From Pirellulales bacterium (GTDB taxonomy: Bacteria; Planctomycetota; Planctomycetia; Pirellulales; PALSA-1355), in NCBI GenBank assembly GCA_963733035.1, contig CAVTBU010000005.1, positions 1,888,001-1,952,000 on the forward strand: a DNA stretch of 64,000 nucleotides, given 5' to 3'. The notes beneath the pieces were generated by a model. It saw only the letters and a program-made list of their open reading frames with translations. It ran no database searches and was not told where the DNA came from. Below are positions 10,048-19,031 of this stretch, one piece after another. Position numbers and translations under genes: made by a program. Within the stretch, counting starts at the first letter, position 1; every line of letters begins with the position of its first letter.

Positions 10048-11384
10048 TTTCCACCTCCCAGCAGCGCGGCGTCATCGTAGCAGCACATGTACGGTGATTG
10101 ACCGTGACCGGCTCCGTAGCCGCCAACGGCGTATAAATGGTCCTGCGGGTCGCTCCGGTCGAACACTTTCTTGCCGTCGGCCCAAGTTTCCAGCGTTTTG
10201 CAGTACACGCTGAGTGGATCGCCCTCGAGGATCGCAAAGTCGGCATCCTTTCCCGGGGCCAGCGAGCCGATGCGATCCTGCAGGCCAAGCATTTCGGCTC
10301 CGGCCAGGGTCAAGGCCTTCAAAGCGCCCGCTCGCGACATACCAGCTCGCACGGCCAGTGCCGCGCTACGCCTGAAAAGCCGCGAGTCGGTAATCCAGTC
10401 GTCCGTGTGGAACGCGGTCAGCACCCCGTGCTGTTCCAGGATGGCACCGGTTTCGAAACGGCAGTCGCGCGCTTCGAGCTTGCCACCGGGCGAGTCGATG
10501 ACGATGACCGAGCACGGCACTTTCGCCTCGGCGATTTCTTCGGCCACTTTCCAACCGTCGCTCACGTGGTGCAACACGACCGGAAATTGAAATTCCTTGG
10601 ATAGCCGCAGCACGGTCATGATGTCGTCGTGGCGATGCGTGTGGTGATGGACCATGCGTTTGCCCTGCATCGCCTCGACCAATGCTTCCAGATTCAAGTC
10701 GCGGGGCGGCATCTTGGCCGGATCGCCGGCGGCGCGCACGATCTTGTCGTGGTACTCGCGGGCTTTGATGTACTGTTCGCGAACCAGGTAGGCGCTCTTG
10801 CCCCGCGTGCCGGGGAACGGCGTGTCGCGCATCGAATTGGTGCCGTTGGCCATCTTCAGGCCGCCTGCCGGCTTGCCGTCGTCGTTGCGGATGAACAAGT
10901 CGTCGATTTTGTGCGGCTGCGGTTCGAGCCGCAGCTTGACGTACACGGTTTGGCCGCTGATCAGGTGGCCCGAGCCCGGCATAATGTTGAGCGTCGTCAG
11001 TCCGCCGGCGACGGCCCGTTTGAATCCCGGGTCGTAGACGTCGAGCGAATCGAAAATCCGCACGCCCGGTTGGATGGGTCCGCTGCCATCGGCCCCACCC
11101 AGCGAACCGCTGCCGCCGATGTGGCTGTGGGTGCAAATCAGGCCCGGCATGATCGTCTTGCCCGCGACATCGATCTTTTCCGCGTCGTCGGGAATCGTGA
11201 CATTATCTTTCGGACCCACGGCGACAATCTTGCCGTTGTCGATGACCAGCACGCCGTCGTCGATTTCATCTCCCTCGATGGGGATGATGTGGGCGCCAAC
11301 GAAGGCGCGGGGGCGATCGTCGGCCGCTGCCACGGCGGCGACCAGCAGGAGCCAGGTGAATGAAAAGAGCCGAAAAACACGCAT
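10044..11384 (-). CDS. Exported metal-dependent amidohydrolase (imidazolonepropionase-like fold)
   Basis: Signal peptide from ATG 11384. PGLICTHSH, LKMANG, HHHTHR, LHH, HTDD, GSLAPGKDAD. 4-nt overlap with the next gene. Confidence 0.88.
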   Translation of the reverse strand: MRVFRLFSFTWLLLVAAVAAADDRPRAFVGAHIIPIEGDEIDDGVLVIDNGKIVAVGPKDNVTIPDDAEKIDVAGKTIMPGLICTHSHIGGSGSLGGADGSGPIQPGVRIFDSLDVYDPGFKRAVAGGLTTLNIMPGSGHLISGQTVYVKLRLEPQPHKIDDLFIRNDDGKPAGGLKMANGTNSMRDTPFPGTRGKSAYLVREQYIKAREYHDKIVRAAGDPAKMPPRDLNLEALVEAMQGKRMVHHHTHRHDDIMTVLRLSKEFQFPVVLHHVSDGWKVAEEIAEAKVPCSVIVIDSPGGKLEARDCRFETGAILEQHGVLTAFHTDDWITDSRLFRRSAALAVRAGMSRAGALKALTLAGAEMLGLQDRIGSLAPGKDADFAILEGDPLSVYCKTLETWADGKKVFDRSDPQDHLYAVGGYGAGHGQSPYMCCYDDAALLGGGK

Positions 11385-11560
11385 GGATTCCCTCTCGGAG
11401 CGGGTCGCTGGAGAAGTGAGGCTGGAGGTCTGCAGTATAGTTGCCGCGGCGGCCAAGGGCTACTTCCGCCGGCCGGCCTCTTCCGTTTGAGTCGATTGTA
11501 GGACAAGATAAAGCCCACTCGCCACGGATTCCCACCTGCTTTGAAAAAAGGCTCGCCACC

Positions 11561-12226
11561 ATGCTCCGCTCAACTTTTCCTTCGCTTGTCCTGCTGGCCC
11601 TATTGCTGGTGACTCCCGCGCTGTTCGCTGATGACTGGAAGCCGCTGTTTGACGGCAAGTCGTTCGACGGCTGGGAACAAAAGGGGGGCTCGGCCAAATA
11701 CAGCATCGAAGACGGCCAGGTGGTGGGCACCAGCGTCCCCAACACCAGCAACTCGTTCCTGTGCACGACGAAAAACTACGGCGACTTTATTCTCGAGCTC
11801 GAATTCAAGGTCGACCCGCGCTTGAACTCGGGCGTGCAGATCCGCAGTCAGTGTTTTGACGAGCCGACGAAGGTCGCCGGCAAGACGATTGCCCCGGGGC
11901 GCGTGCATGGCTACCAGGTGGAAATCGACCCCTCCGACCGCGCCTGGAGTGGCGGCATTTATGACGAAGGGCGCCGCGGCTGGCTCAATGACCTGAAGGA
12001 AAATGAAGCCGCCCGTCACGCTTTCAAGCAAAACGAGTGGAACCAGTTCCGCATCGAATGCCGTGGCGATTCGATCAAAACCTGGCTCAACGGCGTTCCC
12101 GCTGCCGACCTGAAAGACGACATGACGCCCGAGGGCTTCATCGCACTGCAAGTGCACGGCGTCGGTTCTGAAACCGAGCCGCGCGAAGTTCGCTGGCGCA
12201 ATATCCGCATCCAAGAATTGGACTAG
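11561..12226 (+). CDS. DUF1080 (3-keto-disaccharide hydrolase-like) protein
   Basis: Signal peptide, [48 protein letters not shown]. Confidence 0.9.
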   Translation: MLRSTFPSLVLLALLLVTPALFADDWKPLFDGKSFDGWEQKGGSAKYSIEDGQVVGTSVPNTSNSFLCTTKNYGDFILELEFKVDPRLNSGVQIRSQCFDEPTKVAGKTIAPGRVHGYQVEIDPSDRAWSGGIYDEGRRGWLNDLKENEAARHAFKQNEWNQFRIECRGDSIKTWLNGVPAADLKDDMTPEGFIALQVHGVGSETEPREVRWRNIRIQELD

Positions 12227-12252
12227 CGAGTCGAACTCCTGCGCCGAACCGG

Positions 12253-13548
12253 TTACTCAGCCGGGTTCCACCAGCTGTCGAGCATGCTGCGAAGCATGGC
12301 GACTTGCTTTGATTGGGCCGCGGCCAGGTTTTTGGTTTCGTGCGGATCGGCCGCCAGGTCGTAGAGTTCGACGACGGCGTCGGGCTCGTTTTGCGGGTCG
12401 GGCACGATCAACTTCCAGTTGCCATCGACCATCCATCTCCAGCGCAGGTTCGCGGCCGGATCGTCGAGGTCGTTCGCGTTGTGGGTGAAGCACTCGCCAA
12501 AAATCGCTTTGCGGGCCGCCACCGCCTGCTGGTCGAGCAGGTTGATGCCCTGCATCTGGGGCGTCGGTTTTTCGCCCACCGCGGCCAATAGCGTCGGCGC
12601 CAGGTCGACTGAAACGGCCAGTTCGTCGGTCATCCGCGGCGCGACTTTACCGGGCCAGCGAATCATGATTGGCGTCCGCAGGCCGCCGTCGTATTGCGAT
12701 TGTTTTGACTTGGGGGCGTAGCGCGGGCGGTCGACGTTTTGAATCCAGCCGTTATCGGCCAGGTAGACGACAATCGTATCGTCGGCCAATTGTTTCCGCT
12801 CGAGGTGATCGAGCAAGCCGCCGACGGTTTCGTCGAACCACTCGATCATCGCCCAGTATTTTGCCACGTGCTCCGAGGGGGCGACGTTCTTGTACTTGTT
12901 GAACAGTCGCTCCGGCGGTGTGTGTGGATCGTGCGGCATCATCGGTGCGTACCAGACGAAGAAGGGCTGCTTGTCGGCTTGGGCGTCGTCGATGAAGTCG
13001 TAGATCGGTTGCATCGTTTTGCGTCCGATATCCAGTCCTTCGTCGCCATGACGCTCTCCCTTGGTCATGCCGTGCGTGAAACCGCCGCGGCTGAAATGCC
13101 CTTGCCACCACTTGCCGGTTTGGAAACTGCGGTAGCCGGCCGAGCCCAGCAACCGCGGCAGCGTGGGCACGGCTTCCAGGTGCTTATTCATGATCTCGCG
13201 GCCGGCGGCAAATGCCGGCGAACGATAGAATTGCCCGCGCTGCGTGCCCTCGGGAATGGGCGGATCGTTGCTGGTCACCTTGTGTTGGTGCGGATAGAGA
13301 CCGGTGATGATCGTGGCCAGGCTAGGGCAACAGAGGCTCGAAGGAACGTATCCCCGGCGAAACGTCAGGCTTTCGGCGGCCAGCCGATCGAGACGCGGTG
13401 TCTGCACGTGCGGATGATTCAGGAACGAATAATCCGTCCAGGCATGATCGTCGGAAATGATCATCACGATGTTCGGCCGCTGAGCGGCCCCGGCCAGGCC
13501 GGCGAGAGCCGTCAACACGATCGTCAGGAGCAGAGTGAGTCGATTCAT
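12253..13548 (-). CDS. Exported sulfatase-family protein with atypical CCPSL signature
   Basis: RPNIVMIISDDH, LCCPSLATIITG, TGKWW, PHDPH, ADNG, ELYDLAADPHETKNLA. Confidence 0.88.
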   Translation of the reverse strand: MNRLTLLLTIVLTALAGLAGAAQRPNIVMIISDDHAWTDYSFLNHPHVQTPRLDRLAAESLTFRRGYVPSSLCCPSLATIITGLYPHQHKVTSNDPPIPEGTQRGQFYRSPAFAAGREIMNKHLEAVPTLPRLLGSAGYRSFQTGKWWQGHFSRGGFTHGMTKGERHGDEGLDIGRKTMQPIYDFIDDAQADKQPFFVWYAPMMPHDPHTPPERLFNKYKNVAPSEHVAKYWAMIEWFDETVGGLLDHLERKQLADDTIVVYLADNGWIQNVDRPRYAPKSKQSQYDGGLRTPIMIRWPGKVAPRMTDELAVSVDLAPTLLAAVGEKPTPQMQGINLLDQQAVAARKAIFGECFTHNANDLDDPAANLRWRWMVDGNWKLIVPDPQNEPDAVVELYDLAADPHETKNLAAAQSKQVAMLRSMLDSWWNPAE

Positions 13549-13560
13549 GAGGTGCTTGCG

Positions 13561-14478
13561 TTATTTCTTGAGGAGGATTTCGGCCACTACGCCGTAGTGG
13601 TCGGCCAGATCGATCATTTTCCCTTCGTGCTGCTGGCGGGCCCGCTGCACGGATTGCCGTACGATGGTGGTGTGCGTGCCGCACGGATTGAGCAGCACGT
13701 GGTCGATGTGCTTGGCACGTTTGTTAGGCTTGTTCCAACTGTTCTTGCCGCTGGTGGTGGTGGGATCCGGATCGTCGAGCGGAAAGCTCGTCATTGCGTT
13801 CGCCGCGAGCAGCGTGGCGAATGCATCTTCCGCGGGGCTGAGGTTCATATCACCCAGCAAGATCTGCGGCACGCACTCGGCGCGATGCGGCACGATGATG
13901 CCCTCGGCGATTTCCGGGATTTCCTTATCCCGGGCTTCATCGTCGCCGGCCTGCAAATGCGTGCCGGCGATTTGAAACCGGAGGCCGTCTTTTTCCGCTT
14001 CAACCAACACGCAGCCCTTCTCGGCCAAGGCGTCCACGCCGGTAAGATTTTTGTAGACGATGTGGTCGACGTATTTCAGTGGAATCTTGCCGGCGAAAAG
14101 AATGCCGCCGCTGCAGGCGGCGATGCCCCGCTTGGAATCGACCGAAACGAGGTAGGGGTATTTCTCCTTGAGACCTTCCTTGAGCCGTTCCGTTATCTTT
14201 TTGTCGATGACCTCTTGCAACACGACCACGTCGTAGTCCTGGGCATTCAGAAACTCGATGATCCACGGCGCTCGCATGGCCTGGCCCCTTTGCAACGGCT
14301 CCACCGGCGGAGACGTGGGAAGCATTTGGACGTTCCAGGTCAGGATTTTGAGGTTTGCCGGCTCGCTTTCCGCGGCGGCCTTTGCGTCGTCGGCCTGGGC
14401 ATGGGCGGCGCCGAGCGTCACCAGACCGAGCCCCGCCACAAGGACGGTCATGCCAAGAGATCGGGCAATCGGATTCAC
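13561..14478 (-). CDS. Sphingomyelin phosphodiesterase (neutral sphingomyelinase C-like, EEP superfamily)
   Basis: LKILTWNVQML, DVVVLQEV, SGG, LAEKG, GTHLQA, GDMN, IDHVL, ADHYGV. Signal peptide from GTG 14478 with GGAG RBS; alternative starts at 14451 and 14520. Confidence 0.82.
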   Translation of the reverse strand: MNPIARSLGMTVLVAGLGLVTLGAAHAQADDAKAAAESEPANLKILTWNVQMLPTSPPVEPLQRGQAMRAPWIIEFLNAQDYDVVVLQEVIDKKITERLKEGLKEKYPYLVSVDSKRGIAACSGGILFAGKIPLKYVDHIVYKNLTGVDALAEKGCVLVEAEKDGLRFQIAGTHLQAGDDEARDKEIPEIAEGIIVPHRAECVPQILLGDMNLSPAEDAFATLLAANAMTSFPLDDPDPTTTSGKNSWNKPNKRAKHIDHVLLNPCGTHTTIVRQSVQRARQQHEGKMIDLADHYGVVAEILLKK

Positions 14479-14509
14479 GCGAGCGACTCCAAGTGCGGTG
14501 CCATGAATG

Positions 14510-16555
14510 CTATTGAACACGGAAGGCGCGGGACATGCACGTTAGCGGATGCACTTCGCCATCGGCCGTTTTGTACACTCCGCGATGCACGATTCGATAG
14601 GTACCCGGCTGGGTCTCTTTCGGGATTTGCCAATCGATGCGGCACACGAAAGGCGCCGTGCGACTGCGATTTTCCGGCGGCTGCTTCCAGCAAAGTCGAA
14701 CTTCCCAATCACCGTCGATGGCGAGCGGCTGCCAGGCGCCGTCCTGCTGCCGTTCGATCGTCGCATAAATGCGCTCGCAACGGAAATCGTTTTGGGGATG
14801 TCCGCTCCAAAACGACGCGCTGGCGGCATCGCCAGGCGAACAGACCTCGCTGACATCCGCGATAACATCGCCGAACTGGGCGGCGGTTGGCGCATCATCG
14901 GCGGGCGTTCCAAGTTGGGTCGGACGAACCGCGCCGCGCACATCGGCCGGTGGCGGTTCGGTGGCCGAGGGTCGAGCGGCCGCGATGTCGGCCGCGAGGC
15001 GCGCGAATTCCTGGGCGTAGCCGGCCTGCGTCCAGGGACCGTAGAGCGTGGCGGCTCCCTCGTAGTGTTGGATTTCGTATTCTTCGCGCGTGGCGACATA
15101 ACCGACGTAGTCATTGGCATAGCCGGCGACGGCGACGTATTTTACGTCCGGCAGCGATTGCTCGATCGCCTGGCGAAAGCGGCGGCCGCTCATCGTGGTG
15201 AACTCGGCCGGCCCGATCGCCAGCGCAAGCTGCCCAACGCGGGCGACGCCGAGGGGAATGACGTTCGGCAGCAGCGGCGGGTCGACGGCTCCCGGAGCGA
15301 ACAGGATCGGCTTGGGCCGATGGGCGGCGCGGACTTCGTCGCTGGGCGGCGCTACGGGCACCACCTGTTTGGCCAGCGTTTCGATGAGCTTGTCGGGCCT
15401 GGTCATGCCCTCCTTGAACAGCAGCGGCTGACCGCCGCCGTCTTCGGTGGAGCCGGCCGCAAAGGAGTAGCCGTAGGCAGCCGGTCCCGTGGTTTGATCG
15501 CCGTGTCCCGTCCAGGCGTCGCGAACGACCAGCGCGCCGAAGTTGACATACGCTTGACGGTAGTCGATCGGTCCGGCCAGATCCTCGGTGGCCGAGTCGA
15601 ACAGGCGAATGGCGGCCGCGCACTGGCGATCGCCCATGATCCTGGTGCTTTCGAATTCGTCCTTGCCGGGGCCGCGCTGCTTGAGCGTGAGGTTGGGCGT
15701 GACGTCGCCGCAATTGCTTTGAGCAAACGCCGCGACGAAGGACCCATTTTGATCCTGCGTCTGGGCGTGTTCGCGATTCCACCAACGCTCGAACGCAAGG
15801 GCGGCGTAGCCCTTGTTGTCGCTCGAAATGAGCCGATTGTGATAGCTCATGGAGGTGGGATGCACGGCATGCCAGTTGAGAATGCCGATCGGCTGGCCGT
15901 CGCGCACGAACTTGAGCAGGATCATTCGCGTGTCGATGTCGGCCGGATACTTGTCGCGTTCGGCCTGCGGATTTTCGAGATAGGCCGCTCGCGAACGCTG
16001 GGCGCCGCCCGCTTCCACGTCACCGACGGCGATCAGGATACGAGCCGGCTTCAAATCGCGGTGGGCCGCGACGACCGAGTCGGCAATCGCATCGACCAAC
16101 TGCTGGAAATGCTCTGGGTTGAACGGCGCGCCCAGCGGTGAGTCGGCGCCGTTGTGCCAATAGCCGCCAGGCACGGCGTGGGTATGCGTGGCGGCGAGAA
16201 CCAGGTTGTCGAGGTGGTAAACGTCGCCGATTTCCGCCGCGAGTTTTTCCAGCACCGACAACACCATCGAGTGCGTCACGCTCTGCAAGTCCGTGGTGAC
16301 GATGGCCAGGTGCTTCTTGGCATCGCGATCGGCGATCACAAACGTGCGGGCATATTGCCGCAGATGAATCCCCTCGGTGATCTGATCCGGGCGCACATAG
16401 CCGAGCATCTTGATGCCGACCGGCGGACCGGTGATATCGCGGATGGCCCGGCCAACGCGATAGGGCTGTTCGGCACGCACGGCGGTGGCGGCGCCCAGCA
16501 TGATTGACAATGCCAGCAGAATTTGCCCGCCACGGGCCAGAGTTTTTCCCATCAT
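14510..16555 (-). CDS. Neutral/alkaline non-lysosomal ceramidase
   Basis: DITGP, MLGY, ATHTHAVPGG, WHAVHPTSM, ISSDNKGYA, CGDVTPN, EFTTMSGRR, YANDYVGY, YEGAATLYGP, C-terminal PGTYRIVHRG domain. Confidence 0.92.
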   Translation of the reverse strand: MMGKTLARGGQILLALSIMLGAATAVRAEQPYRVGRAIRDITGPPVGIKMLGYVRPDQITEGIHLRQYARTFVIADRDAKKHLAIVTTDLQSVTHSMVLSVLEKLAAEIGDVYHLDNLVLAATHTHAVPGGYWHNGADSPLGAPFNPEHFQQLVDAIADSVVAAHRDLKPARILIAVGDVEAGGAQRSRAAYLENPQAERDKYPADIDTRMILLKFVRDGQPIGILNWHAVHPTSMSYHNRLISSDNKGYAALAFERWWNREHAQTQDQNGSFVAAFAQSNCGDVTPNLTLKQRGPGKDEFESTRIMGDRQCAAAIRLFDSATEDLAGPIDYRQAYVNFGALVVRDAWTGHGDQTTGPAAYGYSFAAGSTEDGGGQPLLFKEGMTRPDKLIETLAKQVVPVAPPSDEVRAAHRPKPILFAPGAVDPPLLPNVIPLGVARVGQLALAIGPAEFTTMSGRRFRQAIEQSLPDVKYVAVAGYANDYVGYVATREEYEIQHYEGAATLYGPWTQAGYAQEFARLAADIAAARPSATEPPPADVRGAVRPTQLGTPADDAPTAAQFGDVIADVSEVCSPGDAASASFWSGHPQNDFRCERIYATIERQQDGAWQPLAIDGDWEVRLCWKQPPENRSRTAPFVCRIDWQIPKETQPGTYRIVHRGVYKTADGEVHPLTCMSRAFRVQ

Positions 16556-16714
16556 GATTCTTATTCGCACGGCGTGCTGCGGCTGCCTGGGCCGGAGTGA
16601 TGAATTCGACAATGTGCAGTCTACGCAGCCTGAGACCTGACGTATACTGTAGGCGTTCAGATCGAGAATTTCAGCGGCCCGATTTCAGAGCTGAGTACCC
16701 AAGGAGATATCGCG

Positions 16715-17557
16715 ATGTTCGAACGCATTTCGCGAGGTATCGAGCTGACCAAGCAAAGCTGGCACGTACTCCAGGAAGAAAAATCGCTGCTCGTGTTTCC
16801 ACTGTTTAGTGGAATCGCGTGCATGCTCGTGACCGCCAGTTTCGCGGTGCCGGTTTGGGTCAGCGGCTACGGACTGTCGCTGCTCGACGAAGGGAACAAA
16901 TTGCCACAGGATCCACTGGCCTACGCGCTGCTGTTCGCGTTCTATTTCGTGAACTACTTCGTGATTGTGTTTTTCAATTCGGCGCTGATCAGCTGCGCGG
17001 TTATCCGTTTTCACGGTGGCGATGCCACGGTGTCTGACGGATTGAGCGCCGCGATGAGCCGGCTGCCGCAAATTGCGGGTTGGGCACTGGTGAGTGCCAC
17101 GGTGGGCGTGCTGCTCAAGGCGATCGAATCGCGCTCGGAAAAGTTGGGCCAGCTCGCCGCCGGTCTGCTCGGAGCCGGTTGGGCGATCGCCACGTATTTT
17201 GTCGTGCCCGTGTTGGTCGTCGAAGGGGTGGGGCCAATCACGGCGGTGAAGCGTTCGTTCGCCATCCTCCGCAAGGCGTGGGGCGAATCGATCGTCGCTC
17301 AATTCGGCATCGGCCTGATCGTGTTTGCCGCGACGTTGCTGGCGCTTCTGCCCGCCGCGCTGGGGATGCTTTCGGGCAATGTCGTCGCGGCGGCCGTGGG
17401 GATTGGCGTCACGGTCTTGTTGATCATCGTGATCTCGCTCGTTTCCGCGGCGCTCAATACGATCATCCTGGCCGCCCTGTACCTGTACGCGGCCGAAGGC
17501 CAGGTACCGAAGCAATTCGACCGCGAACTGCTTGCCGCGGCTTACGCACGCAAGTAG
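16715..17557 (+). CDS. Multi-pass membrane protein, DUF6159-like
   Basis: SWHVLQEEKSLLVFP, several TM segments, TYFVVPVLVVE, AVKRS, KAWGE. Confidence 0.75.
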   Translation: MFERISRGIELTKQSWHVLQEEKSLLVFPLFSGIACMLVTASFAVPVWVSGYGLSLLDEGNKLPQDPLAYALLFAFYFVNYFVIVFFNSALISCAVIRFHGGDATVSDGLSAAMSRLPQIAGWALVSATVGVLLKAIESRSEKLGQLAAGLLGAGWAIATYFVVPVLVVEGVGPITAVKRSFAILRKAWGESIVAQFGIGLIVFAATLLALLPAALGMLSGNVVAAAVGIGVTVLLIIVISLVSAALNTIILAALYLYAAEGQVPKQFDRELLAAAYARK

Positions 17558-17570
17558 GCACGGACCGGCG

Positions 17571-18923
17571 TCAGGGCGCCAGCAGCAAGCGGCCGGGAAC
17601 TTTGAGGTAGTTGATGACCTCGTTGAGGAAGCGAGCGGCCGTGGCTCCGTCGACGACGCGATGGTCGTAGGTGAGGCTCAAGGGCATCATCAACCGAACT
17701 TCGATCTTGTCTCCCTCGGTCACCACCGGCAGCTTGCGCGAACGGCCCAGCAACAAAATGGCCACCTGCGGCGGGTTGATAATCGGGGTCGAGTAGGTGC
17801 CACCGACCGCGCCCAGGTTGCTGATCGTGAACGTGCCGCCGTTGAGATCGTCGAGCTTGAACTGCGCCTTGCGTGCTTTTTCGGTCACCTCCGTGAGCGC
17901 CCGGGCAATATTGGGAATGCTCATGCGGTCGACGTCGCGAACGACCGGCACGACCAGACCGCGCTCGGTGTCGACGGCCACGCCGATGTTCACGTACTGC
18001 TTGTAAATCAGCTCTTCCTTCTCCAGGTCGACCGAGGCATTGACCATCGGATGGAGTTTGAGGGCCTGGGCACAGGCTTTCATGACAAAGGGCATCATCG
18101 TCAGCTTGATGTCGGTGCCGACATAATCGGCAAGCCCCCCCTTGCGAATCCGTTCGAGCTCGGTGATGTCCGCGTCGTCGAAGTTGGTGACGGGGGGAAT
18201 CGTGGCATGCGACTTGGCCATGTTGACGGCGATGGCTTTGCGGATGGCCGTCAGCTTTTGCTTGCGGACGAAGCCCCAATTGTCTTTCGCGTCGGTGCCG
18301 GGCGGAAGCGCCGCGGACGGTGAAGGTCGCGGAGCGGCGACGTTCTCGCGAACGGCGGCCTTGACGTCGTCTTCGGTAATACGACCGTGCGGCCCGCTGC
18401 CGGCAACGATCGTCAAATCGACGCCCAATTCGCGGGCCAGCCGCCGGGTGGCCGGTCCTGCTGGCGGCGTCTTGCCCGGCGCGGTGCTGGCCGCCGGCGG
18501 CGGCGAAGCTTTCTTGCTGGCCGGCGTCTTGGCAGCCGGCTGCTCCGCCTCGACCTCGACAACCGGCTGCTCGGCGGATTCGGTCTGCTTCTGCTCGGTC
18601 GCCTGTTTGGGGCGCGATTCCTCTTTTTTGGCCGCCGGGGCTTTGGCCTTGGCCTTTGCTCCGCTATCGGCTTTGGATTTGCCGTCGCCTCCTTCGAGCG
18701 TCAACAGCGGATCGCCGACCTTGACTTTGGAGCCTTCCGCAACGTGGACCTTGATGATCTTGCCGGCGTAAGGGCAAGGGAGTTCGACCACGGCCTTGCC
18801 GGTTTCGATCTCCATCACGCTCTGGTCGGCCGCGATCTCGTCGCCTTCGTGGACCATCACCTTGACGATGTCCCCCTCGTCAACATTCTCACCCAGGTTG
18901 GGGACAGTGAAATCGGTCGCCAT
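17571..18923 (-). CDS. aceF: Pyruvate dehydrogenase E2, dihydrolipoamide acetyltransferase
   Basis: Lipoyl domain ETGKAVVE, E3-binding PATRRLARELGVDL...GPHGRI, catalytic DHRVVDG. Lies downstream of aceE. Confidence 0.92.
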   Translation of the reverse strand: MATDFTVPNLGENVDEGDIVKVMVHEGDEIAADQSVMEIETGKAVVELPCPYAGKIIKVHVAEGSKVKVGDPLLTLEGGDGKSKADSGAKAKAKAPAAKKEESRPKQATEQKQTESAEQPVVEVEAEQPAAKTPASKKASPPPAASTAPGKTPPAGPATRRLARELGVDLTIVAGSGPHGRITEDDVKAAVRENVAAPRPSPSAALPPGTDAKDNWGFVRKQKLTAIRKAIAVNMAKSHATIPPVTNFDDADITELERIRKGGLADYVGTDIKLTMMPFVMKACAQALKLHPMVNASVDLEKEELIYKQYVNIGVAVDTERGLVVPVVRDVDRMSIPNIARALTEVTEKARKAQFKLDDLNGGTFTISNLGAVGGTYSTPIINPPQVAILLLGRSRKLPVVTEGDKIEVRLMMPLSLTYDHRVVDGATAARFLNEVINYLKVPGRLLLAP

Positions 18924-19031
18924 GTGCTTGAGACTCCGTCGCTCGCCGTGCTTTCGCCGGGCGTTTGCAATCCAATGTATGTTCGTCGGTTAAGGCGTTT
19001 TCGATCGCCAGGTCGCTCTGCCCGCGGCCGA

